Below are positions 40,071-51,491 of a stretch of DNA of 64,000 nucleotides, one piece after another. Below the pieces are notes generated by a model. It was not told where the DNA came from and searched no databases. It worked only from the letters and a program-made list of their open reading frames with translations. The first letter of the stretch is position 1; every line of letters begins with the position of its first letter. Made by a program: the position numbers and the translations under genes. Location: the NCBI RefSeq assembly GCF_963921235.1, contig NC_086103.1, positions 9,114,001-9,178,000 of the forward strand. Direction: 5' to 3'. This DNA is from Mobula hypostoma (Eukaryota).

Positions 40071-40424
40071 CTCCAACCCACTGATATTTGAGTCCCCTAC
40101 TATTACTACTACTTTTTTACAGCAGAGTTTAGTTTAGGATTAGAGAGGGCCCTGTGGGGCTCCTCTCTGCTGCTTACCACCCCATTGTTTTCAAGGTCGC
40201 CGTACATTTATGATGGATGTCATCTTTGCTTTTTCACCAAGCAGCTCAACCGTCCACCACAGACACGAAAGGGTGCACCAAGCATAGTCGCCTCAAGGAG
40301 ACGGAATTTATCTATCTATCTATTGCATCTTTTTAGATACCGTTTACCGGTTTAAAACGCGTTCTGGACAACTGTATACAACAAAAAAGTACATTATCTT
40401 GACTCTGGACGACTGAGAGGGTAT

Positions 40425-40832
40425 CTATCTGGGATGGCCAGTGATGTTGTGGGGATGGAACTGGACTCTCTGACGGAGGTGTCTGAAAAGAGGATGCTGT
40501 CCAAGTTGCATGCCATCTTGGACAATGTCTCCCATCCACTGCATAATGTACTGGTTAGGCACAGGAGTACATTCAGCCAGAGACTCATTCCACCGAGATG
40601 CAACACAGAGCGTCATAGGAAGTCAATCCTGCCTGTGGCCATCAAACTTTACAACTCCTCCCTTGGAGGGTCAGACACCCTGAGCCGATAGGCTGGTCCT
40701 GGACTTACTTCCTGGCATAATTTACATGTCACTATTTAACTATTTATGGTTTTATTACTATTTAATTATTTATGGTGCAAGTGTAACGAAAACTAATTTC
40801 TCCTGGGATCAATAAAGCATGACTATGACTAT
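40425..40832 (+). mobile_element. Rex-like non-LTR element 3' fragment
   Basis: ASDVVGMELDSL...HPLHNVL...TERHRKSILPVAIKLYN; AATAAA followed by an (ATGACT)n tail. Confidence 0.7.
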
Positions 40833-40944
40833 CTATCTATATAATCTGTCACCGTCATCTGAGGCAAATTACTGTACATTGTTGTTGCGCAGAGTTGGTG
40901 GAACTCGTTTACCTGTAAACTGTATCTAAAAGTGTTATTAAGAA

Positions 40945-41556
40945 GGCGTATGGGTTGTCAACCATGGGACTCAGTTCAAGAGCCGTCAGGTAATGTTACA
41001 GCCATATAAGTCCATAGTTTTACCCACTTGGAGTATGGTGTTCAGTGTAGGTCACCTCACTACACGAAGGATGTGGATACTATAGAGAGAGTGCAGAGGA
41101 GATTTACAAGGATATTGTCTGGATTGGAAAGCATGCTTTATGAAAACAGGTTGAATAAACATTGCCTTTTGCCCTTGGAGCGACAGAGGATGAGAGGTGA
41201 CCTGATAGAGGTGTATAAGATGATGAGAGGCATTGATCGTGTGGATAGCCAGAGACTGAAATGGCTAACATGAGGGGCATAGTTTTAAGATGCTTGGAAG
41301 TAGGTACAGTGGGGATGTCAGAGATAAGTTATTCACACAGAGAATGGTGGGTGCGTGGAATGCACTGCCAGCGACGGTGGTAGAGGCAGGTAGAATAGGG
41401 TCTTTTAAGAGACTCTTAGATAGGTACATTAAGTTTAGAAATGTAGAGGGCTATGCAGTAGAGAAATTCTAGACAGTTTCTAGAGTAGGTAACACGGTCG
41501 CACAACACTGAGGGCCGAAGAGCCTGTAAGGTAATGTAGATTTCCATGTTCTATGT
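40945..41556 (+). mobile_element. Decayed CR1 3' fragment
   Basis: LEYGVQCRSPHYTKDVDTIERVQRRFTR, MRGDLIEVYKMM and AWNALPATVVEA. Confidence 0.8.
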
Positions 41557-42069
41557 AAAAAGAAGAACAGGAAATCTGGGTCAACGCGCCAGGGAAAACT
41601 GTATGTGTGGAGAGATGACCAATGTTAATGATTTAGTCTTATTGGTGTGCAGAGCAACAGGGAAAAAAAATCAAGCACGTTTTCAGGTGCACAGTGTTTG
41701 GATAGGATGAATGAGGACGCGAGAGCACAAGTCATCTCTGTTGTAGGACAACATCCTTGAGTTAGTGACAAAATAGCTTTTACTGCTAAGGGACGTATGG
41801 AGGCATGGAAGTAGATTACGAGAAATAAAGGTACATACAGTGGATTTAAAAATAATGTTGGATCAGTAAAGTACATAATAAAGCAGTTGTAAATCTGAAG
41901 ATGAAGCATGTGGTGGAAGTACTCAGTCGGTTATCAGAAGAGAGAAATATCGAGTAGATATTGCAGGCTCATCTCCACATATGTCAGACAAGGGATAGCT
42001 GTGTAAAATTACTGTTTTGCATATTGAATCTAAGGGTTGGAATGTGCCTGGACAGAAGTTGTGATGGTT

Positions 42070-42600
42070 TCTATATACACATCATTCTACAGATGCGCTG
42101 TAGGGAGCATCCTGACAAGCAGCATCATTGTATGGGATAGAATTCGCACTACAACCGGCAGGAAGGCTTTACAACTGGTAGTCAAATCTGCCAAACGCAT
42201 CGCCGGCACCAGCCGACCAGCTATCAGGGATTTATATAACATCATGAAGGATCTGACCCTCTCTGCTCATGGACTGTCCCACTCACATCAGGGAGGACTC
42301 TACGTAGCATCCATGGCAGGAACACCCGACTCATAAACTGTTACTTTCCCCAAGCAGTAAGGCTGATCAACAACTCCAACCATTTACACATCGCTCCACA
42401 TCCCCAACCACCATGACTTTATTATTCCCTGTCAGACACTCCATCGCAAAGCGTCAGTTTATGGGTGATAAATCTACGTTCATACGGCATCCTACGAATT
42501 TATATTTACTGTGTTTTATTGTTATTGTCTTTCTTTATCTTATTGTGCTTATTTTAGGTTGCATCGGATCAGGAGTAACAATTATTACGTTCCCCTCTCC
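42070..42600 (+). mobile_element. Decayed Rex/Babar-like 3' fragment
   Basis: FYRCAVGSILTSSIIVW...RKALQLVVKSAKRI. Confidence 0.6.
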
Positions 42601-42890
42601 TGGAGGAAAGAATATCAGAAAGGAGTAACCATACCTCGAAAAATCAAGGCGATGTCAAGAAAGGTTTGTAACTCTTTGGCATTATATTAGAATTATATAT
42701 CATTTTTGTCTGCAAAACATCACACGAGACAAAAAAAAAAGTAATGTCAAACAGATTTAACAATGAGCGCAGTGTTTCTCTTTAGTACACGATTCACCCT
42801 GTTTATCTTAATATACTGGTAGCTATCCAAATTCTTGTGCTTTCCAGCAAAACTTTAAAGATTTTCGCTCTCTGTTTTAAATGACCTTAC

Positions 42891-45350
42891 CTCAGGAACG
42901 CTATATTTTTCAGAATCCACCATTGCAACATTTCCTTTACAGGCAGATTCGTTCAGAACAAAATTTTGGTCTGCAGAGGATCGACTGTTGATGGATACGG
43001 TGAAATCCCTCTTGGTAGACTGCAATGTCGAACATGACCCGTAACGGAATCTTTGTGAGAGAGGATCGCCCCCAAATACTTCAACATAGTTTGGTGGTAT
43101 CTGAAGGGTTTTACTGGTCTTCTGTATTCCATTCAAAGAGTTTCTTGATTCAGAGCAACAACAACTACCCAGAGAACGGTGCTGGTATACCATCCCTTTC
43201 CTGTTTCTGTGAACTTTAATGGCTAGTATGATTAACATTATGAGGAGTAAGCTAGATATTATTCCCAAGGCTATAACCAAAGAACGGCCCAGTTCAGGAA
43301 TGCTCCCCGAATCTGCTGATGAGCTACTGACACCGTAGAACGATTCACTATCAGTCCCAACCACAGATAATAATATAGTCACGGTGGCAGAAAGGGATGG
43401 TATTCCATTATCTTTTACCAAAACCACCAGTCTCTGATTAGAAGCGTCTCTGTTCAATATTCGACGGATAGTCCAAACTTCACCAGTGTCTGCAGAAATG
43501 GTAAAAAGGTTGCGATGTGTGGCTTGAAGAATCTGATACGAGAGTCGAGCATTCTGACCCGAGTCTGCATCGGTGGCAGAGACCTTGACAACCAAGGAGC
43601 CAGATTCGGTGAACCTGGATATTGTTTCTATTGCTGACGACCCGTATTCGGGCAAAGGATGCACAATCACTGGTACATTATCATTCTGATCCAGGATAAT
43701 AACGTTCACTGACGCATTGGTCGTGTGAGGTGGCGTACCAGAATCCCGCACTTGAACTTGCATCTGGAAGTTTTTCAATTGTTCATAGTCAAAAGATCTC
43801 TGAGCATAGATCACACCACTTGCTGAATTAATTGAAACATAAGAGGTTGTTGAGAAATTCTGAACCTGAGACTCTAGGATAGAAAAGTTCAGTCGGGCGT
43901 TCTCTCCAGCGTCTGTATCGACGGCCGTCAGAGAAAATATGGAAGCTCCAACAACGTTGTTTTCCATAACATGTGCTGTGTACACTGGGCGAGAAAACCT
44001 TGGCGGGTTGTCGTTTATATCTGAAACCTCTACTCGGATGGTTTTCTTAGAAGTGAGGGGAGGCTCCCCTGCATCCGTGCATTCAATAGTGATATCATAC
44101 TTGGGGTTGTTTTCGCGGTCGAGCGGGTGCTGCACGATAGTTCTGTAATAGTTCTTTAAAGACGAATCCAGCTGAAAGGGCAGTCGATTTGAAATTTGAC
44201 AGCGTACCTGACCATTTTGTCCGGAATCTCTATCCTCTGCAGTGAACAGAGCCACCACACTCCCAAGCGGAGCGTCTTCCGAAACAGTCGCAGAGGAAGA
44301 CCGCAATTTCACCTCCGGTGCATTATCATTTACATCGACAACTTCAACCAATACATCACAGTATTCAGGAACAGCGCCAGGACCCTTATCCGTCGCCTGT
44401 ATGTTAATCTCAAAGACGTTGCTTTCTTCATAGTCCAACTTCCCTTTGAGTCTGATTTCACCAGTTTTGGAATTCAGATCAAAAAGACTGCGGGAAGTCG
44501 AAGACATATGGCTACGGAAGGAATACATTATCTCTCCATTCAGCCCATCATCCATATCAGTAGCGTTTAATGTGATAATCAGAGTCCCTTTTGGTGCAGA
44601 TTCCAATAATCTGACTCTGTAAACCGACTGGGAGAAAACAGGCGTGTTGTCATTAACATCCTTCACTGTTACTACAATCTGCACTGTGCCCGATCTCGGA
44701 GGGAACCCGCCGTCTTCTGCCGTTAACGTTATACTATGCGTCGCCATTACTTCTCTGTCCAAAGGTTTCTGTAACAACAATACTGGCCACTTGCCCTTTC
44801 CACGACGCATTTGTACGTCCAGACTAAAATAGTCATTTGATTGTAAACGGTAGGTTTGTAAGGAGTTTGTGCCAATGTCCGGATCGTGCGCAGGTTCAAG
44901 AGGAAATCGCATTCCGGGTCCTGCAAGCTCTATAATTTCAAGATGAAGCTGGCTTTTCGGAAAACTGGGGGTATTATCATTTTCATCGAGAACCTCCACT
45001 TCTACCTGATAGAGGCTCAGGGGATTTTCAAGCACAATATCCAAGGATAAGCGGCAGTCGAGATTCGACCCACAAAGCAGCTCCCTGTCGATAATTTCTT
45101 TCACAATTAAAATCCCATTCTCCAAATTTATGTCGAAATACTGCTTACCAGGACCGGGCGCTACCCGCAAGCGGCGAGCCGACAGCTGCTCCACATCTAA
45201 ACCTAAATCGGCAGCGATTTTCCCAACAAAGGCTCCCGGTTGTAGTTCTTCAGGAATAGAGTAACGAATCTGACCATACACCATGTCCAATAGGCAGAAT
45301 ACACAGAACAACAATTGGCATTTCAGCAACCAATATATTTTATATCTCAT
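42891..45350 (-). CDS. Clustered protocadherin variable exon V5 (subfamily B), 820 codons to the donor
   Basis: ORF 42855-45350; phase-0 donor GAG|GTAAGG with GT at 42890-42889. Confidence 0.96.
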
Positions 45351-45539
45351 TTCCAGCGGAAGTCATTCCAAATGTTATAGGCCCAGGCAGTATTACGTAT
45401 TATCCTTTCTGCAGTGCATAAGTGATAAACAGTGTGTGAGAGAGAGAAAAAGAAACGATACAGAATAGATCCGTACCGCTTGGCAATCGCTCGAATTATA
45501 TCAATGAAATGGTCGTATTTCTTTACAATGTGAGAGGAC

Positions 45540-45760
45540 TCGTGGAGCTGCTGGCTATCCTGTCTTCATTGTGTCTGATCTGACGCAATGGTTGCTGTGT
45601 CGTAAGGAGGGCTGTCCGGATCACTAATCACATCTCAGCTCACGATTGGTGGAGAACCTCATTGATATTCGAACCAATCAGGAATCTGGTCGTTTCTTAA
45701 AGCTAGCAAGACTAGAAGGTGAGGAGAATATGATATTTATTGTTGCACAGTTATATTTTA
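45540..45760 (-). promoter_or_regulatory. Conserved promoter of V5
   Basis: GGGCTGTCCGGATCAC; ATTGG 45645-45649; CCAAT 45674-45678; TTTCTTAAAGC. Confidence 0.8.
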
Positions 45761-45861
45761 TTTTAGCCTGTGGATATCTATTTTCTGTTCTTTTTACAGT
45801 TCTACTGATCCGAGTTATCAGTATCTATGTTCAGATTAATGTATTAAAGGGGAAGTATAAA

Positions 45862-45907
45862 GAATGGCCTACTCCTGCACCTATTTTCTATGTTTCTATG
45901 TTTCTAT
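45862..45907 (+). mobile_element. ~46-bp CR1 3' tail insertion
   Basis: GAATGGCCTACTCCTGCACCTATTTT(CTATGTTT)2CTAT, matching the tail of the young CR1 copies. Confidence 0.85.
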
Positions 45908-46806
45908 AACTTGTTCATCAGAGGAAAGGTAATATAAGCAACATTGTTGAGCTGAAGGATTCCATTTTATTTATAATACTTATATATCATTCATTCTTGA
46001 ATTTCCCACTATTATTAGCTGTTGATTGTGGGTCTAGAAATCAAAATTATTTCTGTGCATTCAAGAGGAAATCATCACTAGATTTTATGAAGCCATTCTA
46101 GCTTTCAAACAGAGTTATTTCGGTAATTTACCCAAATAATCAGACTCTAATTGGGAAATATCATGTGCTGGAAGTATGTAAGACAGAAAATGCTAGAAGA
46201 AATTCTTGACGTTGAGCGAGAAGACAACGGTAACACTTAAGAAAAGCTTGTTGAAACCCTTAGGTTTATGAATGCTTAAGTTCAAAATTTCTAATGCCAC
46301 TTCCTGTACACACGTGTAGAGGTGAAATAATTGCTACCCTGGATCCGATAGAGAACAAAAATGCAAAAAACGTTTGGAAGTCGAATAAATTGCATTGATT
46401 GCTAGTATATCACTGTTTTCTTTTATAACTTGGAAACAAGTACCTTCATGAACTCAATTTTCAGGTTCATTACTACCTTGAACTTCATTACGACCAGGTG
46501 ATTTCTGTTTACTCTGTGTGTTGTAAACTGAAATCCTCTGTTCACGACAAAGTTTACATATTTAGCGAAACCACTTCTATTTACTTATGTAACACCTATC
46601 AGTGGTTTTATTCGATGCCATCATTCCGAAAGACTGTGTCCTATCTTAATTTTGTAAATTCATACCCATCGTACATTCGTTTGTGTCATTGGTCAAGATT
46701 CATTCATAGCTTAATTCTACGGTCAATTCATATGGCAAACTGACTGTTGCCCAGAGGTAACACACATCAACGTTGCTAGTTAATGCAGCATCTCTAGGAA
46801 GAGGTA

Positions 46807-46844
46807 CAGTCGACGTTTCAGGCCAAGACCCTTCGTCAGCACTA
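46807..46844 (-). ncRNA. Minimal hammerhead ribozyme motif (one mismatch in helix I)
   Basis: UAGUG-CUGACGA-A-GGGU(CUUG)GCCU-GAAA-CGUC^GACUG. Confidence 0.6.
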
Positions 46845-48168
46845 ACTGAACGAAGAGATAGTAAGAGATTTGAAAGTGGGAGTGGGAGGGGGAGATCCAA
46901 AATGAGAGGAGAAGACAGGAGGGGGAGGGATGGAGCCAAGAGCTGGACAGGTGATTGGCAAAGGGGATATGAGGGGATCATGGGACAGGAGGCCCAGGGA
47001 GAAAGACAAGGGACGGGGGGAAACCCAGAGGATGGGCAAGGGGTATAGTCAGAGGGACAGAGGGAGAAAAAGGAGAGCGAGAGAAAGAATGTGTGTATAA
47101 GAGTAAATAACAGATGGGGTACGAGGGGGAGGTGGGGCATTAGCGGAAGTTAGAGAAGTGAATGTTCATGCCGTCAGGTTGGAGGCTACCCAGACGGAAT
47201 ATAAGGTGTTGTTCCTCCAACCAGTGTGTGGCTTCATCTTTACAGTAGAGGAGGCCGTGGATAGACATGTCAGCATGGGAATGGGATGTGGAATCAAAAT
47301 GTGCGGCCACTGGGAGATCTTGCTTTCTCTGGCGGACAGAGCGTAGGTGTTCAGCAAAGCGGTCTCCCAGTCTGCTTCGGGTCTCGCCAATATATAGAAG
47401 GCCACATGGAGAACACCGGACGCAGTATATCACCCCAGCCGACTCACAGGTGAAGTGTCGCCTCACCTGGAAGGACTGTCTGGGGCCCTGAATGGTGGTA
47501 AGGGAGGAAGTGTAAGGGCATGTGTAGCAGACGTTCCGCTTACAAGGATAAGTGGCAGGAGGGAGATCAGCGGGGAAGGATGGGGGTGGGCGACGACGAA
47601 TGGACAAGGGAGTCGCGTAGGGAGCGATCCCTGCGGAAAGTGGGCGGGGCGGGGGGGGTTGGGGGTAGGGAAAGATGTGCTTACTGGTGGGATCCCGTTG
47701 AAGGTGGCAGAAGTTACGGAGAATAATATGTTGGACCCGGAGGCTGGTGGGGTGGTAGGTAAGGACCAGGGGAACCCTATTCCTAGTGGGGAAGCGGGAG
47801 GATGGAGTGAGAGCAGATGTGCGTGAAATGGGGGAGATGCGTTTGAGAGCAGAGTTGATGGTGGAGAAAGGGAGGCCCCTTTCTTTAAAAAAGGAGGACA
47901 TCTCCCTCGTCCTGGAATGAAAAGCCTCATCCTGAGAGCAGATGCGGCGGAGACGGAGGAATTGCGAGAAGCGGATGGCATTTTTGCAAGAGACAGAGTC
48001 AGAAGAGGAATAGTCCAGATAGCTGTGAGAGTCAGTAGGCTTATAGTAGACATGCCAATCACCTGTCCAGCTCTTGGCTCCATCCCTCCCCCTCCTGTCT
48101 TCTCCTATCACTTTGGATCTTCCCCTCCCTCTCCCACTTTCAAATCTCTTACTATCTCTTCTTTCAGT

Positions 48169-48206
48169 TAGTCCTGACGAGGGGTCTCGGCCTGAAACGT
48201 CGACTG
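48169..48206 (+). ncRNA. Minimal hammerhead ribozyme motif in the inverted pseudo-LTR
   Basis: UAGUC-CUGACGA-G-GGGU(CUCG)GCCU-GAAA-CGUC^GACUG; helix I UAGUC/GACUG; predicted cleavage after 48201. Confidence 0.7.
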
Positions 48207-49189
48207 CACCTCTTCCTAGAGATGCTGCCTGGCCTGCTGCGTTCACCAGCAACTTTGATGTGTGTTGCTTGAATCTCCATCATCTGCAGAATTCCTGTTG
48301 GTTGCCCAGAGGTCAAAGGCATGGCTAATTAGTACCAGAATTATCCTCATATGAACGGATGAAGTGATTTTCGTTGGTTACATTTCAAATGGCTGCGTCA
48401 TATCTGCTTTGCGTAAACTGATACCCACCATGCAGTCGTTTCTGTCACTGGTTAATCTTTATTTATGCTTTGCAGGGAATTTTCTGGTGAATTTGGTCTA
48501 ACTCAGAGGACATAGGCAAGAGTCAAATTCCACCTGATTTAATAAGTAACCTTTGGTGGTTATCTTCATGCGTAATACTGAGGGAGGCATTTAGGGGTGC
48601 TTGTTTTAATTTCATCTCCTAGTGAGTTCTGGGTAGTCTATTTTGGAAAAAGAGGACCATACTAATTGGCTTGTAGCAAAAAAAATTGCGGTGAGTGTGG
48701 TAAGTGAAGTTGTGAAATAAAAGAAAACCAGCCGAAATTTGCTGTTGAATGTTTCTACTTGAACATGTTATTCATGATCTCAGTGCTCGTCTATTGAAAT
48801 CTAGATACCAAAAGCAACCATTTTGGTTACCTTCAGTAATTCGGATGCCACTGCTCATGCAAGGCCCCTGAAAGTTTTGATGCCCAGTTAAGCTTTGACA
48901 TTTGTGATATTTTCCAATTTACTTTTTGTATAGCAGTCGGCTCTCGTTGAAATCTAGAAGGTTTAAAATTGATAAATTTCTTTTTAAAGACTAAAAAGGG
49001 AAATTAGCAAACGTCTTCGGTCCAAATCTATTCCACATTGAACTAAATCGAAATATTCCTTGATTTATATTAATAACACGGAAATAGCATTGAAGCCAAA
49101 TAGGAGTGGCAGCCACTCGTGCTGATTTCCCATAACTTTTTACAACATGTAGAACACTGGTCCGTATTATGACTGAATGTTAATTACAT

Positions 49190-51085
49190 TGGGGTAAAGG
49201 GAAATACAGAGGAATGAGAAAGGCGTTGGCCAGAATTAATTGGAAAAGAACACTGGCTGGGATGACGACAGAGCAGCAATGAGTGGAATTTCTGGAAGCA
49301 AATCCGAAGGCACGTGATATATACATCCCACAGAGGAAGAGTATTCTGAAGGAAATATTACAAAACCATGGCTAATAAGAGAAGTCAAAGCCAACATAAA
49401 AGCCAAAGAGAGGGCATATAATAGAGCAAAGATTAGTGGGACGTTAGAGGGTTGGCAAGATTTAAAAAAGAACAGCAGAAGGCATCTAAATAGTCATGAA
49501 GAATGTAAAGATGGAATGCGAAATTAAGCTAACCAATAATATTAAAGAGGATACCAAAGGTTTGGTCAGACACATGATTAAATAAGCCGTAGTTAGCATG
49601 GTTTCCTCACGGGGAAGTATTACCTGAGAAATCTGTTCGAATACTTTCAAGAAACAACGAGCAAGATAGACAAAGGAGAATCGGTCCTTGTTGTGTACTA
49701 CGATTTTCAGAAGGCCTTTGACAAGGTGCCACATATGAGACTTCTTAACAAGCTACGAGCCAATGGAATTACAGGAACAATTCTAGCATGGATAAACCAG
49801 TGCCTATTTGACAGGCAAAGAGTGGGAATAAAAGGAGCCGTTTCTGACTCGCTGCCGGTGACTAGTGGTGTTCCATGACGATCTGTGTTGGGACAGATTC
49901 TTTTTATGTTACATGTCAATGATTTGGATGATGTAGTTGATGGCCCTCTTGCCAAGTTTGCAGATGACATGACGGCAGTTGAAGTGACAGATAGTTTGGG
50001 GGAAATAGAGATGCTACAGAAGGACAGACAGATTAGGAGTATGGGCAAAGAAAGGCAGATGGAATATAGTGATGGGAAGTGTGTGGTCACACACACACTT
50101 GAAATGAAATGAAAGTGTTGACTATTTTCTAAATGGAGAGAAAATGCAAAGAGTTGAGACGCAAAGGGACTTTGGAGTTCCTGTCAAGACAACGACCAAC
50201 AGGCTCCGGGACAGCTTCTTCCACCAAGCCATCAGACTGATGAACTCACGCTGATTTGAGTGTACTCTATATTACATTGACTGTTCTGTTTATTATAAAT
50301 TATTATAAATTACTATGATTGCACATTTAGTTGGAGACGTAACGTAAAGATTTTTACTCCTCATGTATGTGAAAAATATAAGAAATAAAGTGAATTCAAT
50401 TCAATTGTGCAGGATTCCCTGAAGGTTAGTTTGCAGGTTGAGTCTGTGGTGTGGATGGCAAAAGCAATTTTCGCATTCATTTCAACAGGTCTAAGAGATA
50501 AAAAAAAACCAGCATGTAATGTTGAAACATTATAACACACTGGTGAGGCCTCACTTGGAGTATTCTGAGCAGGTTTGTGCCCCTTATCTTAGAAAGGACG
50601 TGCTGAAACTGAAGAGGTTTCAAAGGAGGTTCACAAAATTGATTCCAGGATTGAATGGCTTGTCATATGAAGAGCATTTGATGGCTCTGGGGCTGTATTC
50701 ACTGTAGTTCAGCAGAATGAGGAGTGACCTTATTGTAACCAACCGAATGGTGAAAGTCCTTGATACAGTGGACCTGGAGAGGATGTGTCCTATGGTGGGA
50801 GAGTCTAAGACCAGAGGACACAGGCACAGAATAGAAGGGTCTCCTTTAGAAGGGAAATGAGGAGGAATTTCTTTACCCAGAGGGTGATGAATCTGTGGAA
50901 TTCTTTGCCATACTCCTCTGTGGAGACCAAGTCTCTATGCATATTTAATGCAGAGATTGAGAGACGCATGATTGATTAGGGCATGAAGGGACATAGGGAG
51001 AAGGCAGGAGATTAGGGCTGAGAGCAACATTGGATCAGCCATGATGAAATGGCCTAATTCTGCTATATCTTATGGTCTTATCATC
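49190..51085 (+). mobile_element. Decayed CR1 LINE carrying a ~220-bp unrelated retro-tail insert at ~50187-50405
   Basis: YDFQKAFDKVPHMRLL, PVTSGVP, KFADD and [12 protein letters not shown]; the insert ends AATAAAG(TGAAT/TCAAT)n. Confidence 0.8.
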
Positions 51086-51354
51086 TTATGGTAACAACAA
51101 AACATACAAAACTGATCACACTACCGAGATGAAGCTTCTTGGTTCACTTTTAAATTTAATCTCAAATCTAAAATATTCATTGCTGTCTCCAAAGAGTGCA
51201 TTGTAGAAATTTATCCCAGATGCTTCAAGAGAATCTTCTAAATAATTGCGCATGTAACCCAGGTAGATCAACACAACATAAGTGTAATACCAAAGCGTAT
51301 CAAAGACTTCTTTCAACCAGCGTTTTCTGACATTATGTCAACATCTCAGTACAA

Positions 51355-51491
51355 TAAAACGCAAACACGAGGAAATCTGCAGATGCTGGAATTTCAAGCA
51401 ACACACATAAAAATTGCTGGTGAACGCAGCAGGCCAGGCAGCATCTATAAGAAGAGGTACAGTCGACGTTTCGGGCCGAGACCTTTCGTCA
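51355..51491 (-). mobile_element. Short Penelope pseudo-LTR fragment truncated within the hammerhead core
   Basis: Matches 46759-46840 and the reverse complement of 48175-48300; minus strand reads UGACGAAAGGUCUCGGCCCGAAACGUCGACUG. Confidence 0.75.

Larger units (their letters stand above)
46759..48300 (-). mobile_element. Penelope-like retroelement (RT C-terminus plus GIY-YIG endonuclease) with inverted pseudo-LTRs
   Basis: ORF 47140-48252 contains YYKPTDSHSYLDY, FSQFLRLRRICS, VIYCVRCSPCGLLYIGET and RFAEH; ~200-bp inverted repeats 46759-46960 and 48053-48268; 13-bp flanking duplication GTTGCCCAGAGGT at 46746-46758 and 48301-48313. Confidence 0.92.

Noticed and set aside
47140-48252. 370-aa ORF as an intact or domesticated GIY-YIG gene
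   Set aside because: The N-terminal ~65 aa derive from the inverted pseudo-LTR and most of the RT is missing; it is a truncated Penelope copy
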